Source of the DNA: Mobula hypostoma
Lineage: Eukaryota
Length of the DNA: 64,000 nucleotides
Direction: 5' to 3'
NCBI RefSeq assembly: GCF_963921235.1
Contig: NC_086108.1
Location: 58,716,001-58,780,000, forward strand
In this document: positions 37,265-51,700 of the stretch, piece by piece
Layout: each line of letters starts with the position of its first letter
Position numbering within the stretch: the first letter of the stretch is position 1
Made by a program: the position numbers and the translations under genes
Notes under the pieces: generated by a model
Told to the model about the DNA's origin: nothing
What the model saw: the letters and a program-made list of their open reading frames with translations, nothing else
Databases searched by the model: none

Positions 37265-38270
37265 AAAGGGTTAACACATGAGGAGTGTTTGATGGCTTTG
37301 GGCTGTACGCATTGGAGTTTAGAGGAATAACAAGGAGTCTCAGTGAATCCTATCAAATATTGTAAGGTCTGTATCAAGTGGATGTGAGAAGATATTTCCA
37401 ATAGTAGGGAGTCTAGGACATGAGGGTACAGCCTCAGACTACAAGGATGCCCCTTAGGGACATCTGCATTTGGTTTCTCCACTTTCAGATAACTAGAATT
37501 TCCTGTTCAGGTCACAACCAATTAGTTTGGATGCAAGCCCATAAGAAGTAGGAACAGGAGTAGGCCACTCTGCTGTTCTATAGGATTGCGTCTGATCCAA
37601 AGTTCTTCAACTCCATTTTCCTGCCCTTCCCCTCCAATCCTTAATTCTCTTACCAATTGGAAATTTTCTTCAGCCTTAAATATACACAAGCACTATGTGA
37701 CAAGATGTTCCAAAGCCTCAACTGCTGAGAGAATAAATTATTTTTCAAGTCAGTCTTAAGTGGGCTCTGACTAATTCTGGTACCCCATCCTTTGGTTCTG
37801 GGCTTTCTGATTAGTGAAAACATCGTCTCAGACTTACCCTATCTAGCCCTCCAAGAATCTTGTATGTTTCAGCAAGGTCACCTCACATTCTTCTAAACTC
37901 CAATGAACAGGGCCCAAACTTGTTTAATTATCCCTCAAAGGATAACCCCTCACTATCTGGGATCATCCTAGTGAAATTTCTCAGAATCATGACCAGTGAA
38001 ATAATATCTTTCCTTAAACATTGGCACCAATATTGTTCACAATATTCTAGATGTAGACTCACACTTGTATAGATGCAGTAAGATATTTTACTTTTATACT
38101 CCCACTTCCCTTGAAATAGGATAAGGCTTCCATTAACTATTCCCTATTAACTATTGCACTTGTGATCTAGCTTTCTGTGTTACACACACAAAGACCCACC
38201 AATCCCTTTAGTTGCAGTTTTCTGTAATTTCTATTTCAGTAATACGGTTCTTATATTCTTCCATTTAATA
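37265..38270. mobile_element. Two old CR1 fragments (+ 37265-37460; - 37540-38270)
   Basis: Degenerate matches to the CR1 ORF2 3' region seen elsewhere in the window. Confidence 0.65.
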
Positions 38271-38287
38271 TAAACAACTTGATAATT

Positions 38288-38897
38288 TGATAAAGAAATT
38301 TGGCCTGTCCCCTAAAACCCTCACTAATTTTTATAGATGCACTGTACATTCTTCTAGTGTGCATCCCAACCTGGTATGGAAGTTGTCCTGTCCAAGACAG
38401 AAAGAAGCTGCAGAAGATCGTGAACACGCGCAGCACATCACACAAACCAATCTTCCGTCCGTGGACTCACTTTACACCGCATGCTGTCGGAGCAGTGCTG
38501 CCAGGATAATCAAGGACACGACCCACCCAGCCAACACACTTTTTGTCCCTCTTCCCTGCGGGAGAAGGCTCAGGAGCTTGAAGACTCGTACGGCCAGATT
38601 TGAGAACAGCTTCTTTCCAACTGTGATAAGACTGCTGAACGGATCCTGACCCGGATCTGGGCCGTACTCTCCAAATATCCAGACTGGCCTCTTGGTTTTT
38701 TTGCACTACCTTACTTTCCATTTTTCTATTTTCTATTTATGATTTATAATTTAATTTTTTAATATTTACTAATTTTAACTATTTTTAATATTTTAATATT
38801 TGTAATCCAGGGAGTGGGAAGTGCAGAATCAAATATCGCTGTGATGATTGTACGTTATAGTACCAATTGTTTGGCGACAATAAAGTATAAAGTATAA
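38288..38897 (+). mobile_element. Rex1/Babar-type LINE 3' fragment
   Basis: KKFGLSPKTLTNFYRCT...RFENSFFPTVIRLLN. Tail AATAAAGTATAAAGTATAA. Confidence 0.8.
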
Positions 38898-39705
38898 TTT
38901 CCCTCAAGTATTATTTTCCTTCATTCATTTATTCTACAAATGTTTATTCACCTGTTTAATCTTTTCACGCATCCTGCCTGCTCTGATGAGTATGAACCAC
39001 ATGCTTTTTTAATTTAGAACTGCAATGTTTTCCATTAGTTCCAGCATGTATTTTCATTTTTTCCTGATTGCCCATTTAATCTATTAATAAAGAGGTATTG
39101 AAAGTATAGTGTCACCTAGACAACTTTAGACTCCATCATACACGAACGAGACCTTTATTCTTTCCAATCCTCTTTCTGCAACTTAACACATTTGTTTTCT
39201 CATGTTTCTAGTTCTAATAAAGGGTCTTTGAGCCACATTAACTTTTATTTCAAGCTCTATACAAATGATGCCTCACAGTTGAGTATTTCCAGTACTTTAT
39301 ATAGATACTTAAATACATTGAGACAATATTTAGTTCACTGTGGGAGCACAACACTAGAATTAAGAGCAGGAGTGAGCCTGCTCTCTATATCACTGCTATG
39401 ACCCTGCATTGCCCCTATATCACTCAAATTCTTTAACATCTAGACATTTATTGGTCCTTAAAATGAATTAACTCTATAGCTGTATCTCTCAAGACAGAAC
39501 ATTACATTAACTCAGGATGCAGAGTGAAAAATTCTTCCCATTTCAAATGTAAATAGACTACTCCTTTTTCTGAGAAGCTCCTGGCTTAAGACTTTTCAGC
39601 CAAGAGAATTTTGTACATTTCAGTGAGATTATCTCTCATTCTTCTGAACACCCAAGAATATAGATCTACTCAATATATTTCCATACAAGAAACCTGCCAT
39701 ATCCA

Positions 39706-40073
39706 GTGGTGTCTGAAAAGAGGATGCTGTCTAAGTTGCATGCCATCTTGGTCAATGTCTCCCATCCACTACATAATGTACTGGGTGGGCACAGGAGTAC
39801 ATTCAGCCAGAGACTCATTCCTCCAAGATGCAGCACAGAGCGTCATAGGAAGTCATTCCTGCCTGTGGCCATCATACTTTACAACTCCTCCCTTGGAGGG
39901 TCAGACACCCTGTGCCGATAGGCTGGTCCTGGACTTATTTCATAATTTACTGGCATAATTTACATATAATTATTTAACTATTTATGGTTCTATTACTATT
40001 TATTATTTATGGTGCAACTGTAACGAAAACCAATTTCCTCCTGCGATCAATAAAGTATGACTACTACTATACT
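39706..40073 (+). mobile_element. Rex1/Babar-type LINE 3' fragment
   Basis: SHPLH...RCSTERHRKSFLPVAIILYN. Tail AATAAAGTATGACT. Confidence 0.7.
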
Positions 40074-40213
40074 AACATGTATAGTACACATTTGTTTCAT
40101 TCTCTACATGACATGTCCATCCTTTTTGTTGTAAAGAGGTCAAAATTCCACCAGGTATTCGCTCACCAAGACTCAATATAATTGCAGTAAGATATTGTCA
40201 CTTCTAAACTACA

Positions 40214-40405
40214 GGGCAGCATGGTAATGTAGCAATTGGGATAAGGCTTTACAGCACCAGCGACATGGGTTGACTTCCCACTGCTCTTTGTATGGTCATG
40301 TTCTCTCTGTAACCATGTACATTTCCTCTAGGCATTCTGGTTTCCCTCCACATTCAAAAGTCGCAAGGGTTAGGGTTACTAAGTTGTGAACAAGCTATGT
40401 TGGCA
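40214..40405 (+). mobile_element. Decayed V-SINE-like element
   Basis: GGGCAGCATGGTAATGTAGC head. TTCTCTCTGTAACCATG...CTGGTTTCCCTCCACATTC core. Confidence 0.5.
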
Positions 40406-40482
40406 CTTTCTCAGCCTGAGTTTGTTGTTGGGGTGTTTGAATCTGTTAGCTGCTTTACTAAGGCAGCAAGAAGAATTATTAC

Positions 40483-41099
40483 TAGATTATGAAGACACGC
40501 AGTCCTCTTATATTGTCATTTAGTAATGCATGCATTAAGAAATGATACAATATTTCCTCCGGTGTGATATCACACAATACAGGACAGACCAAGACTGAAA
40601 AAAAACTGATAAAACCACATAATTATAACATATAGTTACAACAGTGCAACAATACCATAACTTGATGAAGAAGTCCATGAGCACAGTAAAGTTCAAAGTC
40701 TCTCAAATGTCCCACATCTCACACAGACGGGAGAAGGAAGAAAAACTCTCCCTGCCATGCCAACCACAATCCGATTCTGAGTCATCCTAAATCTTCGAGC
40801 TCTTCGACACTGAGTACTGAGCGCCATCTCTGTCCGAATGATTCAACCACCTTCTCGGTCACCAAAAGCAGGCAAGGCCAGGGATTTTGAGGCCTACCCC
40901 CCAAAAGATTCCCAACCACGCAGTAACGACAGCAGCGAATGAGCGTTTCAGAAATTTCTCCAGATGTTCCTCTGTGCTTTCACGTCCATTCTCCATCAAA
41001 TCAAAATTGTCCACCGCCCCTATTTAACAGATACGATATCATTTTTCACCAGAGGGCTGCGCATGCGCAGGCACACCGCCATCTTCTCCTCCCTCCTCC
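40483..41099 (-). mobile_element. ORF-less non-autonomous retroelement, copy B
   Basis: Same head (GGAGGAGGGAGGAGAAGATGGCGG) and tail as copy A. Inserted in a Rex1-type remnant. Confidence 0.75.
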
Positions 41100-41871
41100 A
41101 TGGCAGACTGGTTTCCCTGCTGTGCTGAACTGTGTCTGTCACAACACTCTGTAGTTTCTTGCAATCACAGGCTTTCTATGGTGTATCAATAAAAACATAA
41201 TGTAAACTGTCCTCTCCTGAAGTCAATGACCAGCTGTTTTTGTCTCCTCCTTGTACTCTGACTCATCATTATTTGTGATCTGACCTTCTACAGTGGTGTC
41301 ATCTGTAAACTTGTAGATGGAGTTTGAGCAGAATATGGCCACACAGTCACAAATCTATAGGGAGTAAAGTTAGGGCTGAGGACGCAGGACTGTGGGGCAT
41401 TAGCATAGAAGAAAATAGTGGGAAAGCTGTTGCTGCCACCCAAGAAGTCAAGAATCCAGGTGTAAAGGGCGGGGTAGGGTTCCAGATCTAGGAGTTTCTA
41501 CAATATTCAGTAATTCAAGCACATTTGACCACAAGAGCTAATATGAACCTTATGTTGCCTTTGCCTGAGTAATAAGCCAAGTACAGTGGAGGAGAGTTTC
41601 TCAGATGACAGGACTGAGGAGAACAGATAGAAGACGTTACAGTATTACCTGTGCCTGAGATGCTTTAGAGACCACCAAAAGCACATGGCTTGGTACACGC
41701 TAAACCACTGGGGCAAAATGCACCAGCTCCACCCAAGAACTGGTTTTGAGTAGGCTGGCCATGGGAGGCAATGTTCAACTCTAAGGTATATGGCAGAAAG
41801 GTACCCCCAGCTGATGTAGTGTTTGTGACCATTGCTGGGGACTGATAAGTGCTAGTCCATGTGCTGACTAA

Positions 41872-42075
41872 CACACACAAAATGCTGGAGGAACTCAGCA
41901 TCTATGAAAGGAGATAAACGGTCAACATTTCAGGCTGAGACCCCAAAATGTTTATATTCCTTCATAGATGCTGCCTCACTTGCTGAGTTCCTCCAGCATT
42001 TTTCATATGGAGCAGGTGCCAGTCCCCAGAAATGTTTTGCTCAATATTTCTAGCATTTGGAGATTCTCTGGTCCC
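41872..42075. mobile_element. Fold-back Penelope-terminus element with diverged 16-bp TSD
   Basis: Arms AAAATGCTGGAGGAACTCAGCA / TGCTGAGTTCCTCCAGCATTTT. TSD TCCATGTGCTGACTAA vs TCCATGCATCGACTAA (12/16 identical). Confidence 0.7.
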
Positions 42076-43439
42076 TCCATGCATCGACTAATCGCTTGGA
42101 TCATTTCTTCTCTGTCATCACCTCCCACTTCTGTTTGGTTGGACTGCTCAAGCCAGACTAGAAATATCTCTATGATAACAAGTGTATTAGCCTGTAATGG
42201 ACGAAGAGCTTGTTACCATAGGCACATGTCTGGGATACAGAAAGCTGATGCAATTTATGGGAACACCTGACTGATGCTTCAAAGGTGGAGATGCTGCATT
42301 AGATAGCAAGCACGTTTTGCAGCTCCTGAATAAGATGAAACTGCAATTTGAACTGTATATCCTCGATCACAAATGGAGCAGCTACTCCACCAAATAAAAA
42401 GTTTTGTCAATCTGATTTTTGAATTGAATTAGATTTCATGAAGTCATGATTTTGTGGAGATATGCAGCACAGAAATAGGCCCCCCAGTTTTCCATGTCTA
42501 TGCTGATCTTTTTGTCCATGTACAGTAATTCTAATTGCCCACACTACTTTTATATCCTCCTTTTACTTACCAATCTGAATATCTCTTAAACATAGTGCCT
42601 GAATCCGATTCCATCACCTACTCTGGCAGCACTCTCTGTGTAAAAAAAAATAATTTCCCTGAAATCCCTTTAAAACCGCTTCCTTTCATCTTAAACCTAC
42701 GCCTTCTTGTCACCTAATCAGTATTTTATAAAGTATTACAATAAACAACATTCACCAACATTATATTCTCTGTCCCAGCTACAGCCCATACATCTTCTTC
42801 ATAACATTATCTGCTTGCGCTGCCACCTTCAGGAACCCTCGTGCTTCTACATGCAAATTCCTGTTTCTCAATTCTCACTAGGGTCGGTCCCACTGTTCAT
42901 TGTGGATGCCATACCCTTTTAAGTTTCTCCCACCACCAATTTTTATTGATGTACCATAGGAAGCATTCTATTTGGATGTATCATGGCTTGGGTTATTAAC
43001 TACTCCACCCACGATCACAAGCAACTGCAGAGTTGCGGACGCCACTCAGCACATCATGGAAACCAACCGCTTCTCCACGGTCTCTGCCTACACTTCTCAC
43101 TGCCTTGGTAAAGCAGGTCAAAGTGGTCAAAGTTCCTACCCACCCAGACATTCTCTCACCAATTTCCCCCAAACCCCCACACAAGAGAAGATACAAATAC
43201 CTGAAAGGACATTCTGGCAGGCTGAAGGTTAGCTTCTAATCCACTGTTATAAGACCATTGATTGGATCTCTGGTACAATTAGATGGACTTTTGACTGCTT
43301 AATGCATCTTATTGTGACCTTGCACTTTGCACTGCGACACTTTACTTTGCACTCTTACTGTTCCACCTTGAACTACATTATGTCCTGTTGCAATGGATCC
43401 ACCTGTATGGGCAGCAGGCAAGCCAAGTTTTGCACTCTA

Positions 43440-45670
43440 AACACAAGAAATTCTACAGCTGCTGAAAATCTAAAGCAACACATATGAAGTGCTGGAAGAA
43501 CTCAGAAGATCAGGCAGTATCATTGGAAATGAACATTAGCTGACTTTCTCATGTTTAAAATGAACAAACAGTTGATGTTTCAGGCTGAGACTCTTTCTTC
43601 AGGACAGGAAAGGAAGGGGGAAGATGCCAGAATAAACAGGTGGGGGTGTGGGTGAAGAATATCTAGAAGGTGATAGATGAGGCCAGGTGGGCAGGACAGG
43701 CAGAGGGCTGGAAATGAAGGAATCTGAAAGGACAGCAGAGTGGACCATAGGAGAAAGAGAAGAAGGAGGGACATCAAGCAAAAGTGATAGGTAAGTGAGA
43801 AGAGGTAAGCCAGTGGGGAACAGGAGGAGGAGGAAAGGGAGGAAAGGGAAAGATAATTTTACAAGCAGGAGAAATTGATATTCATACCATCAGGTTGGAG
43901 GCTACCTAGAGGGAATACAAGCTGTTGCTCCTCCATCCTGAGAGTGACCTCATTGTGGCAAAAGAGGAAGCCATGGACCCACATGTCGAAATGGGATTGG
44001 AAATAAAATATTGGTCCACCAGATGGTTCCACTTTTGCTGGATATAGCGGAGGTGCTTGATGAAATAGTCCCCGGTTTATAACAGGTATCACCAACATAG
44101 AGGAGGCTGCATCAGGAGCACGGGATATAATAGGCAACTCCAGCAGATTCACAGGTGAAGTGGTGCCTCACCTGGAAGCGCCATTAGGGGTCCTGAATGA
44201 GGTGAATGGCGGGTTGGCTGCTTGCAGAGATAAGTACTAGGAGGGAGATTAATGGGGAAGGAGTGATCCCTGCCGAAAGCAGAGAGTGGGGGAGGGGGGT
44301 GGAAGAGGTAAAGATATGCTTGGTGGTAGGATTCCTTTGGAGATGGTGGAGGTTGCGGAGAATGACCTGTTGGATACGGAGGTTTATGTGGTGGTTAGTA
44401 AGGCCAAGAGAATGCTATCACAGTTAAGGCAGTGGGAAGATGGGGTGAGCGCGGATGTCCATGAAATAGAGGAGATGTGGATAAGGACAGCATCAATGGT
44501 GGAGAGAGGAAACCCTGTTCTTTTAAGGAGAAGGACATCTGATGTCCTGAAAGGATGCAGTAGAGATGAAGGAACTGAGAAAAGGGAACAGCATTTTTAC
44601 AGGAGACAGGGTGGGAAGAGACATACAGTAGCTAAGATAGCCATGTGAATCAGTAGCTATATAAAAGATGTCAATCGACAGTTCATCTCCAGAGATGGAG
44701 ACAGAGAGATCGAGAAAGGGGAGGGAGGTGTCAGAAATGGACCAAGTGAACTTAAGGGCAGGATGGAGGAGGCAAAGTTGATGAAAACTGTCAAGCTCAG
44801 CATGGGTGCATGAAGCAGCACCAATGCAGTCACCAATGTAGTAGAGGAAGAGTTGGGTAGCATTACTGGGGAAGGCTTGGAACGCGGACTGTTCTACGTA
44901 GCCAACAAAAAAAAGCAGGCATAGCTGGAGCCCATGGCTACCCCTCGAAAGTGGAGAAAGTGCGAGGAGCTGAAGGAGAAAATCTTGAGAGTGAGACCAG
45001 TTCTGCCAGATGGAGGAGGGTGGTGGTGGAGGGGAACTGGTCGATTCTTTTATTGAGAAAGAAGCAGAGAGCTTTAAGGCCTTATTATTGGGTAACAGAA
45101 GTGAATAGGCACTGGACTTCCATGATGAAAATGAGGTTCTCAAGCCAGGGAATTGAAAGCTAGTAAGGAGATCAAGAGCATGCGAAGTGTTGCAAATGTA
45201 GGTGGGAAGGGACTGAAACAAGTGGGATAGAATGGAGTCGATGTATGAGCACGTGTTCAGTGGGGCAGAGGCAGGCAGAGACAATGGGCCTTCCTGGACA
45301 GTTAGGTTTGTGGAACCTGGGTAGGAGGTAGAAATCACCAATGTGAGGTAAGGGAACTATGAGATTGATGGCAGTGGATGTGACTCTAGAGTTGATGAAG
45401 TCAGTGATGGTGTCAGACACAGTTTTATGATGGTCCATAGTGTGGTCCTCTTCAAGAAAGAATGAAGTATGAGGAAATGTCTGAGAGTTGCCACCTGACT
45501 TCAGCAAGGTAGTCAGTGCACCACACTAGAACAGCAACCCTCTGTGGGTTTGATGGTGAGGTTGTGGTTGGTGCGGAGAGAGTGGAGGGCAGTGCGTTCT
45601 AAAGAGCAAGATTCAAGAGGAGAGAGGAGTGCTGAAGTTTAGCCGGTTGATGTCTCGTCGGCAATTAGAG
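43440..45670 (-). mobile_element. Decayed Penelope-like retroelement (RT + GIY-YIG + hammerhead terminus)
   Basis: Frameshifted ORF pieces FYLLPRFHKPNCPGRPIVSA, YIGDCIG (YIDD-like), LKFTWSISDTSLPFLDLSV, EEQQLVFPLGSLQPDGMNINF. Degenerate CTGAAGA...GAAAC motif at ~43570-43607. Confidence 0.85.
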
Positions 45671-45939
45671 ATGATTCAAGTTCTGCGCTGTAACTTATTA
45701 CACGTGATAATAAAACAACTTAAATTTACCATAGGGTTATCTCTGGACTGCAGAAAACTATTGCAAATTATGAGAATAATGACTCATGCTTTAAAGATGG
45801 AAATGCTGCATTAAACAGTAAGGCTTTACTACAGCTCAGCTAGTTAATTTGTATACCCTCAATCACAAAAGGCAAAGGTACACTACCAAAGAGTAAATTT
45901 TCCTAAACTGATATTTCAATTGAATTAAATTTCATAGTC

Positions 45940-46800
45940 ATGTAGTCATGGAGATATACAGCACAGAAACAGGCCCTTTGCCCCATGACATCCGCTCTGA
46001 TCATATTATCCTTGTACAGTAATTCTATTTACCCAGACTATGTTAATATCCTTCTTCACCTCACCTATTGGAATACCTGTAGAACTGTCCCTTATACATA
46101 GTGACTGTATCTGATTCCACCAACTTCTCTGGCAGCAAGTTCAAGATATCATCTGCTGTGTACAAAAAGAAATTACCCTCAAACCTGCTTTAATTTTTCC
46201 TTTCTCCTTAAACCTACACCACGTTGTCTTAGACACATGTACCACAGGGAAAGATGGTTACTATCTACCCATTCAATACTTCCATACCTTTATCAGGTTG
46301 CCTCTCTGCCATCCTTTGCTCCATAGAAGCAAGCTTATCTAACTTTTCTCAAGGCAACATCCTGATGAATCTCCTCTGCACCTTTGCCAGTGTAATCACA
46401 TCTTTCCTGTAATATGACAATCAGAAATGTAGCTGTGGTCTAACCAATGTTCTCCAAAATTATATTCTTTGTCCCACCTGATGAAGGTTACATCCCATGC
46501 CTTCTTCCTGATGTTGATTATCTGTTTGTGCTGCCACCTTTAGGAATCCTTTGGCTTCTACATCCACATTCCCATGTTACAAGACCTCAAGCTTGTTAGC
46601 TTGTTTCAAGCTTGTCATCTCCTTTTGCTGCTTCCAAAGAGCATTACCTCACACTTTTCAGTATTAAGTTCAATCGGGCCATTATTCTGTCCATTTTTAA
46701 CAATTGTTCAGTATTATTCTGTAATGCACAATTACCCTTCTATCAGGATAATCATACACTACAGAACAACACAATTGATTTTTGTGTCACTTGCAAACCT
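45940..46800 (-). mobile_element. Old CR1 fragment (similar remnants at ~42460-42920 and ~47580-48330)
   Basis: ACAGCACAGAAACAGGCCCTT 3' end and degenerate RT-region matches. Confidence 0.6.
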
Positions 46801-48353
46801 TTTTATTTATGGAATAGTTATAAAATTGTAAATCATGATGAGAAGCTTAACTAAATGAAAGATTGAAGTAATGTGCAGCTAACATGCAAGTTATGCATAT
46901 GGTGTTATTTCTGTCTACTATGATAATGATCTTGGTTCTGAGGAAATGCTGCAGAACAAAAATGACACGCAAATAGCTCTTCGTTACAAGTGTATTTGTC
47001 TGTGCAATGACTATTAGTTCAATCAGTTATTTGTTTTATATTTGGGGAGATGCATAGGGAGAAGGCAACTAGACCAAATCTGTATGGGTGATTTAATTGG
47101 CATCAGCACGGAGATATGAACAAAGGCAAGTTTGGAGACATGCCTGAAGAATGGGGATAGAACTGACGTGCATGATCCGTGTAAAGAGATAACTGGAAAC
47201 AATAACCAAACCATCACAAGATTCTGACCTCGGAGCTAAAACATCACTTCTGGCAGTAACCACTACAGCAATGAGAATGTGGGATCTGTTAAAGACTGTT
47301 ATGTGTATGTTGGTTAAATGGGTTTTGTCAGAACAAAGCTAAGCAGATGGAAGAAAGATTCAGAGAGTTAAGTGTGCATGGTAAGACAGGAAAGGCAACA
47401 GACTGAAGACAAACTCAACTCTGTTCAAGGTCCTCCCAAGACCAAGGGCTGTTAACTACTTATCAATTATTTTCCATTATAGTTTCATAAATATGCAGTT
47501 TTGTTTATTATTGCCACATGCACCACATGATGCATCTGAATTGCCAACTAAATCTGCACCCACTTTTGAACATACAATATAGTAGTACAGAACAGGAACA
47601 GGCCCTTTGATCTACAATGTTGTGCTCAACTAATGAGAAATCAAATGCACAACCAAACAAGTCCCTTCTGCCTACACAATGCCCACATCCCTCTATTTCT
47701 TGCGTGTTCACATGCCCAAAAAGCTCTTCAGGGCCTCTGTCACCTCCTCGGAAAACCCAATCATTAGTAAGGCACGACTTGGCCTGTTTCAAGCTTCTGT
47801 AATTCAAATAGGGAAACACGGCACACATTAAGGTGGTCAAGGATTGGACAGGCAACCTTCAATGTAGCTTAACCAGATAAGAACATATCTAGAAATTGAA
47901 TTTCACCTGTTGTTGGTATAGAACAGAACATTACAGCACAGGCCTTTTGGCCCACTGTTGTGCCAAACTTTCAACCAACTTTAAGATCAACCTAACCCTT
48001 CCCTCCAATTTACAATCATCCATGTGTCTCTAAGAGTTTAAAATTCCCCTAATGTATTTGCCTTGACTATCACCCCAGCTAGGTGTCTCATACACCCATC
48101 ACACTTAAAAAAAACCTTAACCTCTGACACCCACTCTATACTTTGCTGCAATTATATTAAAATTATGCCCTCTTGTATTAGCAACTTCCATTCTGGGAAA
48201 AAATGTTTGGCTATCAACTTGATCTATGTCTTTCATAGATTTGGCTGTCTTTCATAGTTTGGCTATCAACTTGATCTATGTCTTTGATCTATCATCTTGA
48301 ACGCCTCTATCAAGTCACCTCCCATCCTTTCACTCCAAAGAGAAAAGACCATA

Positions 48354-48743
48354 GCCCCACCCTATTTATATACAGTCATCCAGTAAGGAGGGGGGCATGG
48401 AGGGATGAGGATGTCCTTGTCAACTTGCTCCTGGGGCTGGCAAAAACAGTCATCCGTGGGTATTGGAAACGGGTGGCGGAAGGATCTACCCAAGTAGACT
48501 GCCTGGCCATGTTTAGGGGGTATGTTCGTGCCCGGGTAAATATTGAGAAGGAACACGCACAGTCCACGACGACCATAGAGGCTTTCCGGGACTGTTGGGT
48601 TCCGTGAGAGGTAATTGCCATCATTGACAGAGATGGAAACGTTTTGGTTTAATGTGTATTGTCTATTTGTAGTGAAGTAATTGTGTTAGTCACTATTTTG
48701 TATATATAGCACTGAATTTGTAATAAAGATATTTTGTATAAAA
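48354..48743 (+). mobile_element. Tx1/L1-type LINE 3' fragment with 17-bp TSD
   Basis: SPTLFIYSHP...VLVNLLLGLAK. AATAAA plus A-tail. TSD AAAGAGAAA[A/G]GACCATA at 48337-48353 and 48744-48760. Confidence 0.75.
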
Positions 48744-48756
48744 AAAGAGAAAGGAC

Positions 48757-51700
48757 CATAAGACGTCAGAGCAGAATTAGGCCATTTGTCCCATCAAGCC
48801 TGCTCTGTCATTTGATCATGGCTGATCCACATAATCTTTCATGCCCTGACTTATCAAGAATCAATCTCTGCATTAAATACACTCAAAGGCCTGGCCTCCA
48901 CAGCTGCCTATGACAACAAATTCCACAAATTCACTACCACCAGACTAGAGAAATTCATACTCATCTCCATTCTAAATGGATGACCGTCCATTCTGAGGTT
49001 TTGTCCTCTGGTTCTAGCCTCCATTCTCTTCACATCCACTATTTAGGTCTTGAACATTCAATAGGTTTGAATGAGATCATCCCTCTCCCCCCCCCCCCCA
49101 CCCCACTCTAAATTCCTGCAAGAATGGGCCCGGATCCATCAAATGCTGCTTATATATATTAATAAGATTTCAATTCCAGAATCATTTTTGTGAATTGCCT
49201 TTGAACCTTCTCCAGTGTCAGTACATCCTTTCTTAGATAAGGGGCCTAAAACTGGTCACAATACTCCAAGCGAGGCCACACTAGTGCCTTAAAGCCTCAG
49301 CTTTTATATTCTGGTCATCTCAAAATAAATACTAACATTGCATTTGCCTTCCTCACCACCAACTCAACCTGAAAGTTAACCTTGAGGGAATCCTGGATGA
49401 GCTTTCCCAAGTCCCTTAGCAACTCAGAATTTTAAATCTTCTCTCTGCTTAGAAAATAGTCCACACTTTTATTCCTTCTAGCATAAGGAATGACCATACA
49501 ATTTACCACACTGTATTCCATCTGATTTGATGGAGAATGCACATGAAAGCACAGAGGAACATCCGGAGAAATTTCTGAAACGCCCGTCCACTGCTGTCGT
49601 TACTGTGTGGTCCGGAATCTTTCGGAGGGTAGGCCTCAAAATCCCCAGCCTTGCCTGCTTTTGGCAACTGAGAAGGAGGTTGAATCGTTTGGCAGAGATG
49701 CCGCTCAGTACTCGGTGTCAGAGAGCTGATCAGAGCTCAAAGATTTCCAATGACTCAAGTCAGATTGTGGTCGGCATGGCAGGGAGAGTTTTTCTTCTTT
49801 CTCCCGTCTGCGTGAGATATGGGACATTTGAGAAACTTTGAACTTTACTGTGCTGACGGACTTCTTCATCAAGTTATGATATTGTTACACTGTTTGTAAC
49901 TGTATGTATAATCATGTGGTTTTGTCAGTTTTTTCAGTCTTGGTTTGTCCTGTGTTTGTCACACCGGAGGAAATAATGTATCATTTCTTAATGCATGCAT
50001 TACTAAATGACAATAAAAGGGGACTATGTGTCTTCATAATCTAATCTAATCTATCACTTTGTCCATTCTCCTAACTCAAATCCTTCTCCATCCTCCTCGC
50101 TTCCTCAAGACGACCTGACCCTCCATTTATCTTCATATCATCTGCAAACTATGCCACAAAGCTATCAACTCAGTAATCCAAATCATTGACATAAAACTCA
50201 AAAAGTGGTCCCAACACCAACCCTTGCAGAGCACCACTAGTCATCAACACCCGATCAGGAGGTGCCCTTTATTCCCACTCTTTGCCTCCTGCCATTCAGC
50301 CAATGCTCTATCCATGTTGATAACAAGAGCCCATGGAAAGGTAAGAGCATAAGAAATAGGAGAAGGAGTAGGCTATCTAGCCCGTCGAACCTGCTCCACT
50401 GTTCAATAAGATCATGGCTGATCTGACCATGGACTCATCTCCACCGACCCGCCTTATCCCCAAACCCTTAATTCCCCTACTATGCAAAAATCTATCCATT
50501 CTTGTCTTAAATATATCTACTGAGGCAGCCACCACTACTTCATTTGGCCGAGAATTCCACAGATTCACCTCTTTGGGAAAAGCAGTTCCTCATCTCTGTC
50601 CTAAATTTACTCCACTGAATCTTGAGGCTATGACCCCAAGTTCTTGTCCCACCTACCAGTGGAACAACTTTGCTGCCTCTATCTTATCTATCCCTTTCAT
50701 AATTGTATATGTTTCTATAAGATCTCCTCTCATCCTTCCAAATTCCATTGAGTACAGTCCCAGGCAACTCAATTTCTCTCATAGCCTAACCCCCTTATAC
50801 CTGGAATCAACCTGGTGAACCTCCTCTGCACCACCTCCAAAGCCAGTATATCCTTCCTCAAGTAAGGAGACCAGAGCTGCACACAGTACTCCAGGTGTGG
50901 CCTCACCAGTACCATACACAGTTGCGGTATAACCTCCCTGCTCTTAAATTCAATCCCTCTAGCAATGAAGGCCAACATTCCATTTGCCTTCTTCACAGCC
51001 TGCCACAACTACAAACCAACCTTTTATGATTCATGCACAAGCACTCCCAAGTCCTTCTGCACAGCAGCATGCTGTAATCTTTTACCATTTAGATAATAAT
51101 CTGATCTTCCATTTTTCCTTCCAAAGTGGAGACCGTGCATTTACCAACATTGTACTCTGTCAGACCCTTGCCCACTCACTTAACCTGTCTATATCACCCT
51201 GCAGACTCTCCATATCCTCTGCACAATTTGCTTTTCCACTCAATTTAGCGTCATCAGCAACCTTAGATGCACTACACTTGGTCCCCTCTTCCAGATCATT
51301 GATGTATATTGTGAACAGTTGTGGGCCCAGCACTGAACCCTGCGGCACATCGCTCATCAGTGATTGCCAACAAGAGAAATACCCATGCATTCAAACTCTC
51401 TGCTTTCTACTGGTTAACCAATTCTCTATACATGCTAATACATCAGCCTGACTCTATGCATCCTTATTTGATAGATAAGTTTTTTTTTTAAATGTGGCAT
51501 CTTATTGAATGCCTTTGGGAAATCCAAGTAAATAATGTCTATCTGTTCCCCTTTATCTACTGTGCTTGTTGTATCCTCAAAGAATTCCAATAAGTCTGTC
51601 AAACAGGACCTGGCTTTGCTGAATACATGCTGCGTCTGCATGTTGGATCAATTTTTCCCCCCAGATGCCTCGCTATTTCTTCTTTAATTTCTTTGCTTCA

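Noticed and set aside
48205..48292. Local ~30-bp duplication
   Set aside because: Simple slippage-type duplication within a dead CR1.
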